A DNA stretch of 45,073 nt from NCBI GenBank assembly GCA_046754125.1, contig JBHHVC010000001.1:1-45073 (forward strand), read 5' to 3'. This document shows positions 28,371 to 38,736 of this stretch, one piece after another (position 1 is the first letter of the stretch; every line of letters begins with the position of its first letter). The notes under the pieces are model-generated. The model was not told the DNA's origin. It searched no databases and saw only the letters and a program-made list of their open reading frames with translations. The DNA comes from Candidatus Zixiibacteriota bacterium (GTDB lineage Bacteria; Zixibacteria; MSB-5A5; GN15; FEB-12). A program made the translations under genes and the position numbers.

Positions 28371-28501
28371 CTGCGATAACCTGAAAAAGCCCCGTTCTTA
28401 GCGGTTTTTGGCAAGTTTTATATTGACAGTGAGCCTTTTTGACGAGTTTATGAGCAATAGACGATGACTTGATAAACCCTCAAACGTCACGGAGGAAGAG
28501 G

Positions 28502-28777
28502 ATGACGAAGGAAGAAATGATCGCCATGATGGCTGCCGAATCCGGCATATCAAAGCGTCAGGCTGGCGATGCCCTGCAGGCCTTCATGGAAGGAATCACT
28601 ACCACGCTGACCAAAGGCAGCAAGGTGAGCTTTGCCGGTTTTGGGACGTTCAATGTTTCCAGTCGTAAGGCTCGGGCCGGACGCAACCCACAAACTGGAG
28701 CGACCATTCAGATCCCGGCTACCAAAGTGCCGGTATTCCGTGCCGGGAAACACCTGAAAGACGCGGTTCGGAAGTAG
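28502..28777 (+). CDS. hup: HU family DNA-binding protein
   Basis: 91 aa. MTKEEMIAMMA...SKRQAGDALQAF...GFGTF...RKARAGRNPQTG...IPATKVPVFRAGK. GGAGGAAGAGG SD upstream of ATG 28502. Confidence 0.95.
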   Translation: MTKEEMIAMMAAESGISKRQAGDALQAFMEGITTTLTKGSKVSFAGFGTFNVSSRKARAGRNPQTGATIQIPATKVPVFRAGKHLKDAVRK

Positions 28778-28797
28778 CCATCGCCAGGTTTACTATT

Positions 28798-28825
28798 AGG
28801 CAGGGCGCTTGCCCTGCCTTTTTTT
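28798..28825 (+). terminator. Rho-independent terminator of hup
   Basis: Perfect 9-bp stem AGGCAGGGC / GCCCTGCCT, GCTT loop, then a run of 7 T. Begins 21 nt after the hup stop. Confidence 0.9.
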
Positions 28826-28874
28826 GTCGCTGGCTGATGCCATCACATCGTATCTTGAACACGAGGTTCCGGTA

Positions 28875-31196
28875 ATGGCTCGCCGCAGGAAAAAGAAAGA
28901 TCATGTCCGAAAGAGGCGTGTGGTGCTCGGCATTGTCCTTGCGCTTGTCGGCGCATTCGTGCTGGTGGCACTTATTTCACACAGCTTTGTCGACGATGCC
29001 CGGATATCCGGCGAAGTCAACGCCGACACCAGTCCCTTCGATCAGCAGTATAATAGCAAGGCAGGGATGCTCGGTGCCTATCTGGCATATTCACTGTACT
29101 TGCTCATTGGCTGGCTGGCCTTTTTTGTACCTTTCGCTCTGTTTGTAGGAGCGTTCAAATGCTTTTCGTCGGAGGTTGCTGCCCGTGTGGGACCGGGTGG
29201 CTCGCTGGCTTTTGCCCTGGCCACACTCAGTACAATGGTCTACAACATTCATCTGCTCTCTCGTCCCCACTTGGAACTTGAAACCGGAGCAGGTGGAGGG
29301 TATGTAGGTGAAATGCTCACCGAATTGTGCCTCGGTCTGCTCGGTGATATCGGCTCATATATATTTCTGTCCGGCCTGGGGCTGACCATGCTGGTTCTGT
29401 ATACCTCGCTAACGCCTCTGCTGGCCGCAAGGCTTCAATTGCCCGACTTCGAGGTTATCTTGAGGTTGATTCGAACAGTTGGACGCGGGATCCGCGGAAT
29501 CTTTTCTCGCGGCGGTTGGATGGGGCAGCTTCTCTCGCGCCAGCAGGACGGCTCGATCGGCTCCGACCAACTACCGGCTGCTGATGCCGATTCCGGTGAA
29601 ATCAAATCGCGAGAGCATGAGGCGGCTTCCGATGGTTCAGAGGAGTCACCCGGCAGTGTTACATTTGTGGATCGACGAACCAGAGAACGTAGCAAAGGGG
29701 AGAAGCCGTTAAAGCGAATTCAGATCGAATCCTATGACTATCAATACCCGTCAGTGGATCTGCTGGGCAAAAACGACAGCGGTGAGCCATCGGTCAGCAA
29801 AGAAGAGTTGGCCTTCAACGCGCGCATGCTCCAGGACACTCTCGAAACCTTCAACGTCCGGATCGATGGTACAATCGAAACACATCCGGGTCCGGTAATC
29901 ACGCGCTATGAGTTTAAGCCGGCATCGGGAGTAAAGGTCAATCAAATTGTCAATTTATCAGACGACCTCGCTTTGGCCATGAAGGCGAAGCGGATTCGTA
30001 TCATTGCACCCATTCCGGGCAAGGCGGCGGTAGGTGTCGAAATCCCAAACCGTGAGCCTCAGATGGTTTATCTTCGCGATGTCATCGGATCACCCCTGTT
30101 CGCAAACGACAATGTTATTCTCCCTCTGGCACTCGGCAAGACGACTGCCGGAAATCCGTTTATTGCTGATCTGACCAAGATGCCCCATCTGCTTATCGCG
30201 GGAGCTACCGGATCGGGGAAATCTGTCTGTATGAATGTGCTGATAACATCTATGCTCTATCGGCTGCATCCCGCGCAGATTAGATTTGTGTTCATAGATC
30301 CAAAGATGCTGGAATTATCGGTTTATGCTGGTCTTCCCCATCTGGCCCGTCCCGTCATAACCAATTCACGGCGAGCGGAGCGAGTACTTGGCGATATGGT
30401 TGCCGAGATGGAGAACCGGTATCGTAAGTTGGCCAATGTGGGTGTAAGGAACATATCTGACTTTAATAAGAAACAGACCGATGTGGACAAGCGCCTGCCA
30501 TATATCGTTGTAGCCGTCGATGAACTGGCCGACCTAATGATCTCCGCCAGTTCATCCAAGACAGAGATGTTGATTACTCGGCTGGCCCAAATGTCCCGAG
30601 CGGTCGGGATTCATCTGATTCTGGCCACTCAGCGACCGTCGGTCGATGTCATAACCGGACTGATTAAGGCTAACTTCCCGGCCCGTATCGCTTTCCAAGT
30701 CTCCTCTAAAGTTGATTCAAGGACTATTATTGATGCCAACGGGGCCGAAAAACTCCTTGGGGCAGGTGACATGCTATACTTGGCCACCGCGCAGCCGGAG
30801 CCAATCAGGCTCCATGGCCCCTTCTTGTCCAACGACGAGACCGAGCGCATAGTGGAATCGATTACTGCTCAGGAATTGCCAGCACTCTCGCTTGATAATA
30901 TCTCTCAGGCCACAGGCGAGACGACAGAAACGGAAATCGATCTGGGCGATCCACTCTTTCGAGAGGCATGTGAAGTCGTGGTAAGGCACAAACAGGGCTC
31001 GGTGTCGCTGCTCCAACGGCGTCTCGGCATTGGCTATCAACGGGCAGCTCGCTTGATAGACAAACTAGAGCAGGCTGGAGTAGTGTCGACCTATGATGGG
31101 TCAAAGGCGAGGGAGGTGCTGGTCGATCGAGCTTTTCTGGAGAAATTGGTTGCACGGCGTGACCCCCCAATGCCTGAGCCAGTTGATTCCGAATAG
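28875..31196 (+). CDS. ftsK: DNA translocase FtsK/SpoIIIE
   Basis: N-terminal basic stretch plus 4 TM segments, then a Pro/Ser/Glu-rich linker. Motor domain has Walker A GATGSGKS and Walker B VVAVDELADLM. C-terminal gamma winged helix is SVSLLQRRLGIGYQRAARLID. Start ATG 28875, because the ORF-track start at 28809 lies inside the hup terminator. Confidence 0.95.
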   Translation: MARRRKKKDHVRKRRVVLGIVLALVGAFVLVALISHSFVDDARISGEVNADTSPFDQQYNSKAGMLGAYLAYSLYLLIGWLAFFVPFALFVGAFKCFSSEVAARVGPGGSLAFALATLSTMVYNIHLLSRPHLELETGAGGGYVGEMLTELCLGLLGDIGSYIFLSGLGLTMLVLYTSLTPLLAARLQLPDFEVILRLIRTVGRGIRGIFSRGGWMGQLLSRQQDGSIGSDQLPAADADSGEIKSREHEAASDGSEESPGSVTFVDRRTRERSKGEKPLKRIQIESYDYQYPSVDLLGKNDSGEPSVSKEELAFNARMLQDTLETFNVRIDGTIETHPGPVITRYEFKPASGVKVNQIVNLSDDLALAMKAKRIRIIAPIPGKAAVGVEIPNREPQMVYLRDVIGSPLFANDNVILPLALGKTTAGNPFIADLTKMPHLLIAGATGSGKSVCMNVLITSMLYRLHPAQIRFVFIDPKMLELSVYAGLPHLARPVITNSRRAERVLGDMVAEMENRYRKLANVGVRNISDFNKKQTDVDKRLPYIVVAVDELADLMISASSSKTEMLITRLAQMSRAVGIHLILATQRPSVDVITGLIKANFPARIAFQVSSKVDSRTIIDANGAEKLLGAGDMLYLATAQPEPIRLHGPFLSNDETERIVESITAQELPALSLDNISQATGETTETEIDLGDPLFREACEVVVRHKQGSVSLLQRRLGIGYQRAARLIDKLEQAGVVSTYDGSKAREVLVDRAFLEKLVARRDPPMPEPVDSE

Positions 31197-31232
31197 AAAC
31201 TGAGTGCTGGCGGCGGCGTATAACCGGTGACA

Positions 31233-31838
31233 ATGAAACGAGTTATTGTAGCATCATGCCTGTTGGCTTGTATATGTCCGGCGATGGCTGGCCCCGATTC
31301 GTTTGATCGGGTGAAAACTGATCTGTCGGATGCAGCCTGCATTCAACTGGTGTTCCTGAGCATTGTAGAGTCGGAGCTATTTAGCTCCGTCGACACTACA
31401 GCCGGAAGCGCCTGTCTCGCCCGCGACGGTCGCTACTCGGTCGAGATGGGTGCTGACACCTATCTGTTTGACCTGCACCACCTTTACAGCTATTCTGCTG
31501 AGAACAATCAGGTGGTTATTGAAAAAGTAGCGCCGGGGCAGATTGGCAGTTATGAGGTCTCCTATTTGGGCCATCTTGATGAGTTGTACCATACTAAGAC
31601 TATTGTGCCGGATAAACGTTTCCACTTGACTCGCCGCAAAGATGTCACAGGAGACATTCCGGATTCAATCGACGTAACGATAGGAGAAGAACCGGCGCGC
31701 CTGCTTAGCATGGAGTATTTTGATATCAACGAGGAGTTGAATCGAATAGTGATTCTTAAGCAAAATCTGGACAGTTTGTGTACAGAAGAGATGTTGATTC
31801 CTCAATTCCCCGATTCTGTAGAGCGCATAAAGTTGTAG
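31233..31838 (+). CDS. LolA-like outer-membrane lipoprotein carrier protein (putative)
   Basis: Signal peptide MKRVIVASCLLACICPAMA. Size about 200 aa. Pattern ...DGRYSVEMGADTYLFDLHHLYSYSAENNQVVIEKV and the C-terminal FPDSVERIKL resemble LolA. The conserved ftsK-lolA neighbourhood supports the call. GTG 31227 is an alternative start. Confidence 0.5.
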   Translation: MKRVIVASCLLACICPAMAGPDSFDRVKTDLSDAACIQLVFLSIVESELFSSVDTTAGSACLARDGRYSVEMGADTYLFDLHHLYSYSAENNQVVIEKVAPGQIGSYEVSYLGHLDELYHTKTIVPDKRFHLTRRKDVTGDIPDSIDVTIGEEPARLLSMEYFDINEELNRIVILKQNLDSLCTEEMLIPQFPDSVERIKL

Positions 31839-31842
31839 AGAG

Positions 31843-33171
31843 ATGAAGGTATTCGTTCACAAACTCGGCTGCCCCAAGAACGATGTGGATGCTGACTACA
31901 TCGCAGCCCGGCTGATTGCCGAAGGTCACGAACCGGTATCCCGCCCCGAAGATGCCGAGTCGATCATCGTCAATACCTGCGGATTCATTCTTCCGGCGAG
32001 GGAGGAATCGGTCGATGAAATACTTCGGCTGGGCCAGTTAAAGAAGAACGGGTTGCTCAAGACACTGTATGCGGCGGGCTGCCTGTCGCAGCGACACGGC
32101 GACGACCTGCTTCGCGAAATGCCGGAGCTTGACGGCGCCTTTGGCATTGGAGCCCTTGATTCACTGGCCTCGGCGGTTACAAAAAATCAGCATCTCGAAA
32201 GCGCAGTACGCCGCGACACGCGAAAACTTGGTTTTCTCGGCTGGAAGGATCGGTACATCAGCGATTCATTTCCCTGGGCCTACCTGAAAATCTCGGACGG
32301 ATGTGATAGGGCATGTAGCTACTGTTCGATCCCTTTGATGAGGGGGAAGTTTCGCAGCAGGCCGATCGAGTCGATCCGCAGAGAGGCAGAGTTTCTTGCT
32401 TCCAATGGCAAGCGAGAGTTGATACTGGTTTCGCAGGAGGCTACGATGTACGGGTACGGCCTGCCTGAGCGACCGTTGTTGATCGACCTGCTAAAGGACC
32501 TTGAAACTGTCGACGGTGTCCGCTGGATTCGTCTCTTGTACTTGCATCCCGCCGAGCTAGATCAGTCGCTTATAGACTATCTGGCTGCTGACAACAAGAC
32601 GGTCAACTACTACGACCTGCCGTTGCAGCATATTAGTGATCGGATACTAAGCGCCATGAACCGTCAGACCACATCGAAACAGATCAGGCAAAAACTGGAC
32701 TCGATTCGTTCGAGCAGCGACTCGGCAATCATTCGAACGACTTTCATGGTCGGATTTCCGGGTGAAACTGATGCCGAGTTTGAGGAGTTAATGGATTTCG
32801 TGAGCCAGCAGCGATTCGAACGGATGGGAACATTTGCCTTTTCCTGTGAAGAAGGGACGCTTGCCACAACTCTCCCCGGCGCGGTACAGGAGGAACTGGC
32901 ACATGAGCGTCTGGATCGCCTGATGACGACCCAGCGCGACATAGCGTTTGAGGCAAATAACTCCTTGATCGGTTCACAGGCCACGGTTATTATTGATGCC
33001 GTTGCCGAGGATGGGCAGGCTGAGGCGAGAACGCCCGGAGATACGCCCGAAATCGACCCGGTCGTGTTTGTTTACGGCGATAATCTAGGTATTGGTGATA
33101 TGTGTACGGTGCAAATCGAGTCCGCCGATGGTTACGATCTGCGGGGCAAAGTGAAAAGGAAACTGCCATGA
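31843..33171 (+). CDS. rimO: Ribosomal protein S12 methylthiotransferase RimO (radical SAM)
   Basis: KLGCPKNDVDADYIA (UPF0004 domain), radical-SAM CDRACSYCSIP, and a C-terminal TRAM domain. Confidence 0.9.
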   Translation: MKVFVHKLGCPKNDVDADYIAARLIAEGHEPVSRPEDAESIIVNTCGFILPAREESVDEILRLGQLKKNGLLKTLYAAGCLSQRHGDDLLREMPELDGAFGIGALDSLASAVTKNQHLESAVRRDTRKLGFLGWKDRYISDSFPWAYLKISDGCDRACSYCSIPLMRGKFRSRPIESIRREAEFLASNGKRELILVSQEATMYGYGLPERPLLIDLLKDLETVDGVRWIRLLYLHPAELDQSLIDYLAADNKTVNYYDLPLQHISDRILSAMNRQTTSKQIRQKLDSIRSSSDSAIIRTTFMVGFPGETDAEFEELMDFVSQQRFERMGTFAFSCEEGTLATTLPGAVQEELAHERLDRLMTTQRDIAFEANNSLIGSQATVIIDAVAEDGQAEARTPGDTPEIDPVVFVYGDNLGIGDMCTVQIESADGYDLRGKVKRKLP

Positions 33172-33812
33172 TACAGTTTGAAAAACTGGGGATATTCCTT
33201 TCCAAGCCGGTTGCAGTGTTGATGGTGTTCATTTACCTGTTGCAATCTGGCTTGCTCGTGTACCTCATCAAGGATAAGTATGACCTCGAGAAGCAGGTAT
33301 CATTTCAGCAGAACCGTATCAGCGAACTCGAAGAAAAGCTACAGATTTTCAAAGCAATCGATGATTTTCAGATCGGGTTCAGCGACGAGGAAGTAACTCG
33401 CCTCACAAGTGTCATTTACAAAGAGAGCAAGAAGTATCGGTATGATCCGATGTTCGTTGTTGCCATGATCATGACAGAATCGTCGTTTCGCAAAGGGCAG
33501 ACTTCCCGGGTTGGCGCACGGGGTCTGATGCAGGTCATGCCGTTTATCGGTGCCGATCTGGCTACTCGTATGCCGGTTGAATGGAATGGAACCGAAACGT
33601 TGTTTGAACCGGAAGCGAATATCAAGCTCGGCACACAGCATCTTTTTGAGCAGGTCCTGAAGTTTGGCGACATCAAGAAAGCCCTGGTGGCGTATAACAT
33701 GGGCGAGACCCGGCTGCGCAGCCTTTTACGCAAAGACGCCCCGCTACCCAGGAAGTATCTGGATCGGGTAATAGAGAACTATCGCATGCTTAAGGAGACA
33801 TATCGCACTTGA
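33168..33812 (+). CDS. Lytic transglycosylase (SLT domain), membrane anchored
   Basis: N-terminal TM helix. MIMTESSF (catalytic Glu), GARGLMQVMP and AYNMG motifs. ATGA overlap with rimO. Confidence 0.85.
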   Translation: MIQFEKLGIFLSKPVAVLMVFIYLLQSGLLVYLIKDKYDLEKQVSFQQNRISELEEKLQIFKAIDDFQIGFSDEEVTRLTSVIYKESKKYRYDPMFVVAMIMTESSFRKGQTSRVGARGLMQVMPFIGADLATRMPVEWNGTETLFEPEANIKLGTQHLFEQVLKFGDIKKALVAYNMGETRLRSLLRKDAPLPRKYLDRVIENYRMLKETYRT

Positions 33813-34747
33813 GATACACTCGTTACAAATCAACCCGCCTGATTGCCTTTCTGGTTGTGATAGTCGTTGCGACTTTCGGGTGCGGCGGAAGAGTTAATCT
33901 GTCCAATCTTACTGCTGACCAACTGTTTCAGCATGGTAAAGAGAAGTATCAGAAGAAGAAATACATCAGAGCGATTGAGGCATTTCAAGCTGTCGTTTAC
34001 AATTATCCCGGAGCGACCCTGGTCGACACTGCCCAGTACTATTTAGCACTGTCTTACTTTGGCCAGAAGGACTACATATTGGCAGGTGCCGAGTTCAATC
34101 GTCTCGCCAATAACTACCCGGCCTCAACCTATTTTGAGCATGCCCTTTTCATGCGGGCTGTTTGTTTTTTTGAAGGTACTCCGCACCACTACGGACTGGA
34201 CCAGACCGATCTGGAAACTGCTATCAGGCAATTCGAGGATTTTTTGATAGACTATCCTGAGTCGGAGTTGCTCCCGGACGCACAGAAATATCTGCTCGAA
34301 GCGAGGTCCAGAAAAGCGAAGAAGTTTTACAGCAATGGTGTAGTGTATGAGCACATGGGTGCGTATAATGCCGCTGAAGCGTATTTCCAGAAAGTGATCG
34401 ACGACTATACCGACACTGAATTTGGTCCCCGCGCGACATTCATGCGTGCGGAAATGCTCTTCAAATCACGCAAGTATGACAAGGCACGCGGGCGGTTTGC
34501 TGACTTCATCACTGTCTTTCCCGTGCACGAATGGGTACCTAAGGCAATTCAGCGACGGGAGGAGTCTACATTCAAGGCTGGTGAGGCGGCCGCGCGATCA
34601 GGCGATACGGCGCGAGCGCTTGAGCTTTTCGAGCTGTTTATCAACGAGTATCCCCAGAGCAAGCGATTCGACAAGGCCAACGAGCGCTTAGGTGAATTGA
34701 GACAACCGGCCGCAGCGAGCGGCGGCTCGGAAGATGCCGACTCCTGA
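33809..34747 (+). CDS. bamD: Outer membrane protein assembly factor BamD (TPR lipoprotein)
   Basis: Signal peptide ending in FGC. TPR-like repeats (QLFQHGKEKYQKKKYIRAIEAFQAVVYNYPG..., YYLALSYFGQKDYILA...) typical of YfiO/BamD. TTGA overlap with the slt stop. Confidence 0.75.
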   Translation: MRYTRYKSTRLIAFLVVIVVATFGCGGRVNLSNLTADQLFQHGKEKYQKKKYIRAIEAFQAVVYNYPGATLVDTAQYYLALSYFGQKDYILAGAEFNRLANNYPASTYFEHALFMRAVCFFEGTPHHYGLDQTDLETAIRQFEDFLIDYPESELLPDAQKYLLEARSRKAKKFYSNGVVYEHMGAYNAAEAYFQKVIDDYTDTEFGPRATFMRAEMLFKSRKYDKARGRFADFITVFPVHEWVPKAIQRREESTFKAGEAAARSGDTARALELFELFINEYPQSKRFDKANERLGELRQPAAASGGSEDADS

Positions 34748-35336
34748 CGATGGCGGTCTTTGGGGCGTTCTGGGTGGAACCTTCGACCCTGTCCATCGCG
34801 GCCACCTTTCTCTTGCTACAGAACTCCTGCGTGAATGCCGATTGGACGGCGTTTTGTTTGTCCCGGCATTTAACCACCCGCAGAAAAAGAAGCGGGCAAC
34901 AGCACCGCTGGAAGATCGGCTCACTATGCTTGAGTTGGCCGTCGGCGAGGAAGATCGGTTCCTAATTGACCGGATTGAGATCAGCGAGAAACTTTCTGGT
35001 TACAGTCTCGACACCGTTCGCGCGCTGAAGCAGACTTATCCAGAGGCAACGTTCGCATTCCTTGTGGGGCAGGACAACCTCTCCCAGTTATCACATTGGC
35101 ACAGTTCGGAGCAGCTACTGGCCGAGGTTCAGTTTATTGCCGGCGCTCGTCCGGGAAATTCTGCCGCAGATTCGAAGCATGTTTCCCAAGTGAAGCTTGT
35201 TTCCACCGTGTTAGTAGAAATTTCGTCGACACAGGTCAGGAAGTGTGTAGCCAATGGGGCGAGCGATAGCGAACTCGACCAGCTTGTCCCGCAATCGGTT
35301 CGTGAGTATATTCGGCATCGAGGACTGTACCAGTGA
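34734..35336 (+). CDS. nadD: Nicotinate-nucleotide adenylyltransferase
   Basis: 200 aa. GGTFDPVHRGH (HxGH), ISST-like EISSTQVR motif. Confidence 0.9.
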   Translation: MPTPDDGGLWGVLGGTFDPVHRGHLSLATELLRECRLDGVLFVPAFNHPQKKKRATAPLEDRLTMLELAVGEEDRFLIDRIEISEKLSGYSLDTVRALKQTYPEATFAFLVGQDNLSQLSHWHSSEQLLAEVQFIAGARPGNSAADSKHVSQVKLVSTVLVEISSTQVRKCVANGASDSELDQLVPQSVREYIRHRGLYQ

Positions 35337-38062
35337 ACACCAGAAAAACTCTCTATCTTGTCGACGGCTCGGCAGTGTTTTACCGAGCATACTTCGCCTT
35401 TATCCGCAATCCGCTGATTAATTCCAAAGGTGAAAACACCTCGGCTACGTACGGATTCGTTAATTCATTATTGAAGATAATCGACGACGAACGTCCGGAC
35501 TATCTGGCCATAGTATTTGATACAAAAGAACCGACTTTTCGACACAAGATGTACGCCGATTACAAGTCTACTCGTGCAAAAATGCCGGACGATCTGGTAA
35601 CGCAACTGCCCAGGATTCGGCAGGCAGTTATGGCATTGAATATCGTCAGTTATGAGATGCCGGGCTTCGAGGCGGACGACATAATCGGAACTATCGCGAC
35701 AAAGGCGGGAAAGGAGGGTTTCGAGGTCTGGTGTGTCACCGGCGATAAGGATTATTTTCAACTCGTCACCGACAATGTTCGCATTTACAACCCCAAGCCT
35801 GCCTCGGAAAAGCCGGAACGTATGGGGCCGCTCGAAGTGGAAAACAAGTTCGGCGTGCCTCCGACGAAAGTCATCGACAAGCTGGCTCTTATGGGTGACA
35901 GCTCGGACAATGTGCCGGGTATCCCGGGAATTGGTCCCAAGACCGCCGACAGTCTGCTTACTCAGTTTGGCTCACTCGACGCCATCCTGGAGAACCACGA
36001 ACAGATCAAGGCTAAGGGCGTGCGATCCAAAGTGGCAGAGAATATCGAACTTGCCCGACTATCGCGGACGCTGGTTACAATTGACACCGAAGTCCCGGTT
36101 TCATACGACATTGACGATATGCTTCGTCGTACAGCCGACTATGAGACATGCAAGTCGCTATTTCTTGAGCTTGAGTTCTCGGGCTTGTTCAAGCGGCTCT
36201 TTCGCGATGGTTACGGCGGCGGCGAAGATGTCGTGCAGGAAGAAGCTGTGTCGCCTCAGGCGTCCTACAGCGTCGTCGTCTCGCTCGAGCACCTGCGGAC
36301 AGTGCTCACACATCTGGCCGAACTCAAGGAAATAGCAGTCGATACTGAAACGACATCAGTGAATGCTCTTAAGGCCAAACTGGTCGGAGTTTCGCTTTGT
36401 GGCGAAGCAGGTGAGGCGTTCTATGTACCTCTTGCCCACTCGGCCGACAGCGAACGTAATTTGCCATTCGATGATGCGGTTGCCCTACTGAAAGACCTGC
36501 TGGAGAATCCAAAGGTCCAGAAGATAGGGCAGAATATCAAGTACGACTTGCACGTGCTAAGACGACACGGCATAAACGTCAATCCGATCTCTTTCGACAC
36601 TATGCTGGCATCGTATGTTCTCGATCCGTCATCGCGGCAGCATTCGCTCGACCTGCTGGCGCTAAAGCACTTCGATTATCAGATGCAGCCGATTACGGAT
36701 TTAATTGGCAAGGGGAAGAGCCAGCGAACTTTTGACACTGTTCCAATCGACCTGGCAACGCCTTACGCAGCCGAGGATGCGGATTTTACATACCGGTTGC
36801 GAGGTGTGCTGGCGCCGCAGCTTGAAGAGCACGATCTTGTCAACCTGTACTATAACTTCGAACTGCCTCTTGTCGAGGTTCTTGCCGCCATCGAGGAGGC
36901 CGGCATTCGAGTCGATACGTCGTATCTTGAAAGTATGTCAAAACAGATGGACAAGCAGCTCGAGCAATTACGTGCGGATATCTATGACATGGGTGGGGGA
37001 GAGTTCAACATTAATTCAACACAACAGTTGTCGCATATACTGTTTGATAAACTCGGTTTGCCGACCAAGGGCAGGACTGCGAAAAAGACCGGCTATGCCA
37101 CCGACGTGCGAGTGCTCGAGGAACTGTCCCAATTGCACGATTTCCCCAAGAGCATTCTCGACTATCGCCAACTGACCAAGCTGAAATCCACATATGTCGA
37201 TGCCATTCCAAAGTTGGTTGACGTGGCAACTTCTCGAGTACATACCTCTTTTAACCAGACGATCGCAGCTACGGGACGGCTTTCTTCGACCGATCCCAAT
37301 CTGCAGAATATCCCGATCCGGACCGAGGAGGGAAGGCTGATCCGAAAGGCGTTTGTCCCTCGCGATAATGATCATGTGCTGGTCGTTGCCGACTACTCGC
37401 AAATCGAGCTCCGTATTCTCGCCCATTATGCTGACGATCCCGGTTTGATCGAGGCCTTCAAAAAGGGCGAGGATATTCATATGCGGACTGCTGCCGAAGT
37501 GTTTGGTGCGGACTTCGACAAAGTTACACCTGAGCAGCGACGCTCGGCAAAAACGGCCAATTTCGCTGTAATATACGGGGTGTCTGCTTTCGGCCTGGCT
37601 CAGCAGACCGGCATGAACAGATCGGAGGCTCAGCAGTTTATTGACACTTACTTTGCGAGATATCCGGGTATAAGAAAGTATATGGATGAAACTATAGCTT
37701 TTGCCCGGGAGAACGGGTACGTTACCACGATGTTCAACCGCCGTCGTTACCTTCGGGAAATCAACGACCGTAATCATTCTGTTCGCCAATTTGCCGAACG
37801 GACAGCTATCAACACTCCGATTCAGGGTACCGCTGCTGATATGATAAAAAAGGCAATGATAGTCATTCAGAAAAAACTAGCCTCTTTCCGGTCGAGAATA
37901 GTATTACAGGTGCACGACGAATTGGTGTGCGACGTCTATAAACCGGAAAGGGAAGAAGTGGCAAAAATACTTAGGGACGGAATGGAAAAGGCGGTCAAGC
38001 TAAAGGTTCCGGTGACAGTAGATATAGGCGTTGGCGACAATTGGCTCGACGCCAAGGGGTGA
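35333..38062 (+). CDS. polA: DNA polymerase I (5'-3' exonuclease, 3'-5' exonuclease and polymerase domains)
   Basis: 909 aa. LVDGSAVFYRAYFA, GDSSDNVPGIPGIGPKTA, AVDTETTS (Exo I), DYSQIELRILAH, RRSAKTANFAVIYG and QVHDELV motifs. GTGA overlap with nadD. Confidence 0.97.
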   Translation: MNTRKTLYLVDGSAVFYRAYFAFIRNPLINSKGENTSATYGFVNSLLKIIDDERPDYLAIVFDTKEPTFRHKMYADYKSTRAKMPDDLVTQLPRIRQAVMALNIVSYEMPGFEADDIIGTIATKAGKEGFEVWCVTGDKDYFQLVTDNVRIYNPKPASEKPERMGPLEVENKFGVPPTKVIDKLALMGDSSDNVPGIPGIGPKTADSLLTQFGSLDAILENHEQIKAKGVRSKVAENIELARLSRTLVTIDTEVPVSYDIDDMLRRTADYETCKSLFLELEFSGLFKRLFRDGYGGGEDVVQEEAVSPQASYSVVVSLEHLRTVLTHLAELKEIAVDTETTSVNALKAKLVGVSLCGEAGEAFYVPLAHSADSERNLPFDDAVALLKDLLENPKVQKIGQNIKYDLHVLRRHGINVNPISFDTMLASYVLDPSSRQHSLDLLALKHFDYQMQPITDLIGKGKSQRTFDTVPIDLATPYAAEDADFTYRLRGVLAPQLEEHDLVNLYYNFELPLVEVLAAIEEAGIRVDTSYLESMSKQMDKQLEQLRADIYDMGGGEFNINSTQQLSHILFDKLGLPTKGRTAKKTGYATDVRVLEELSQLHDFPKSILDYRQLTKLKSTYVDAIPKLVDVATSRVHTSFNQTIAATGRLSSTDPNLQNIPIRTEEGRLIRKAFVPRDNDHVLVVADYSQIELRILAHYADDPGLIEAFKKGEDIHMRTAAEVFGADFDKVTPEQRRSAKTANFAVIYGVSAFGLAQQTGMNRSEAQQFIDTYFARYPGIRKYMDETIAFARENGYVTTMFNRRRYLREINDRNHSVRQFAERTAINTPIQGTAADMIKKAMIVIQKKLASFRSRIVLQVHDELVCDVYKPEREEVAKILRDGMEKAVKLKVPVTVDIGVGDNWLDAKG

Positions 38063-38078
38063 TGGCAGGTCAGTAGAG

Positions 38079-38720
38079 ATGACTGGGAAGTGGAGGAGGC
38101 TGATGTTACATGGGGCTACTCTTGCGCTGATATTGTGTGTGAGCTCGGCTAATGTGGCGGGTGAGAACGACTCAATCGTCTTTCGTGAGTCACCACAATC
38201 GACAACCGAGGCACATTTCGAGCACGCAATTGGTCTTTCCATCCGAAATGATTCCGACTTTTCTCGCGAAGGTTCGGCTGTTGAGGCAATGTACCGGCTT
38301 TACTACTACACAACAGGTGCCGCTGCGGCTGGTCTCAGTCTTGGAGTTACGCCGTCTACCAAAGACGAAAATGCCGACTATCGTACTTATGATCTGAGCG
38401 CGCTTTTGAGAATGCAGGCATTTTCCGGGACCATCCGACCGTTTGCCGAGACCGGCCTTTCATCCAAGTGGTACAAAGGCAAGGGAGCGGTCAGAGGTGT
38501 CAATGAGCAGCGATTTGGTATGGTCCTTGCATTCGGCATGGGAGGGCAGCTGAGCAAACGGATTGCGCTGGAGTTTTCACTACGTTTTGTCATCAATCAG
38601 ACTGAGAGACATAATTACGGGTCGTATTCTCCTGCCTTCGGTAATACCGTAACTCTTCCGTACGGTAGCGACCTATACAACCCAACGACTTTTGAAATGG
38701 TAGTGCGGTTTGACCCGTAG
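38079..38720 (+). CDS. Hypothetical outer-membrane beta-barrel protein
   Basis: Signal peptide MTGKWRRLMLHGATLALILCVSSANVAG. Alternating hydrophobic/polar beta-strand pattern. Aromatic residue near the C-terminus (VVRFDP). No specific family recognised. Confidence 0.4.
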   Translation: MTGKWRRLMLHGATLALILCVSSANVAGENDSIVFRESPQSTTEAHFEHAIGLSIRNDSDFSREGSAVEAMYRLYYYTTGAAAAGLSLGVTPSTKDENADYRTYDLSALLRMQAFSGTIRPFAETGLSSKWYKGKGAVRGVNEQRFGMVLAFGMGGQLSKRIALEFSLRFVINQTERHNYGSYSPAFGNTVTLPYGSDLYNPTTFEMVVRFDP

Positions 38721-38736
38721 CGGCTGCTGCTGATAC

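Noticed and set aside
28385-28406. Terminator-like element after lptD (GCCCCGTTCTTAGCGGTTTTTGG)
   Set aside because: Only a 3-bp stem (CCG/CGG) can be formed before the T-run, which is too weak to call.
37016-37789. 257-aa minus-strand ORF antisense to polA. Similar antisense or alternate-frame ORFs occur at 13108-13665, 14034-14606, 15625-16254, 10358-10870, 21314-21925 and 35733-36335.
   Set aside because: These are shadow ORFs inside high-confidence conserved genes. None has family motifs or plausible starts/SD sequences.
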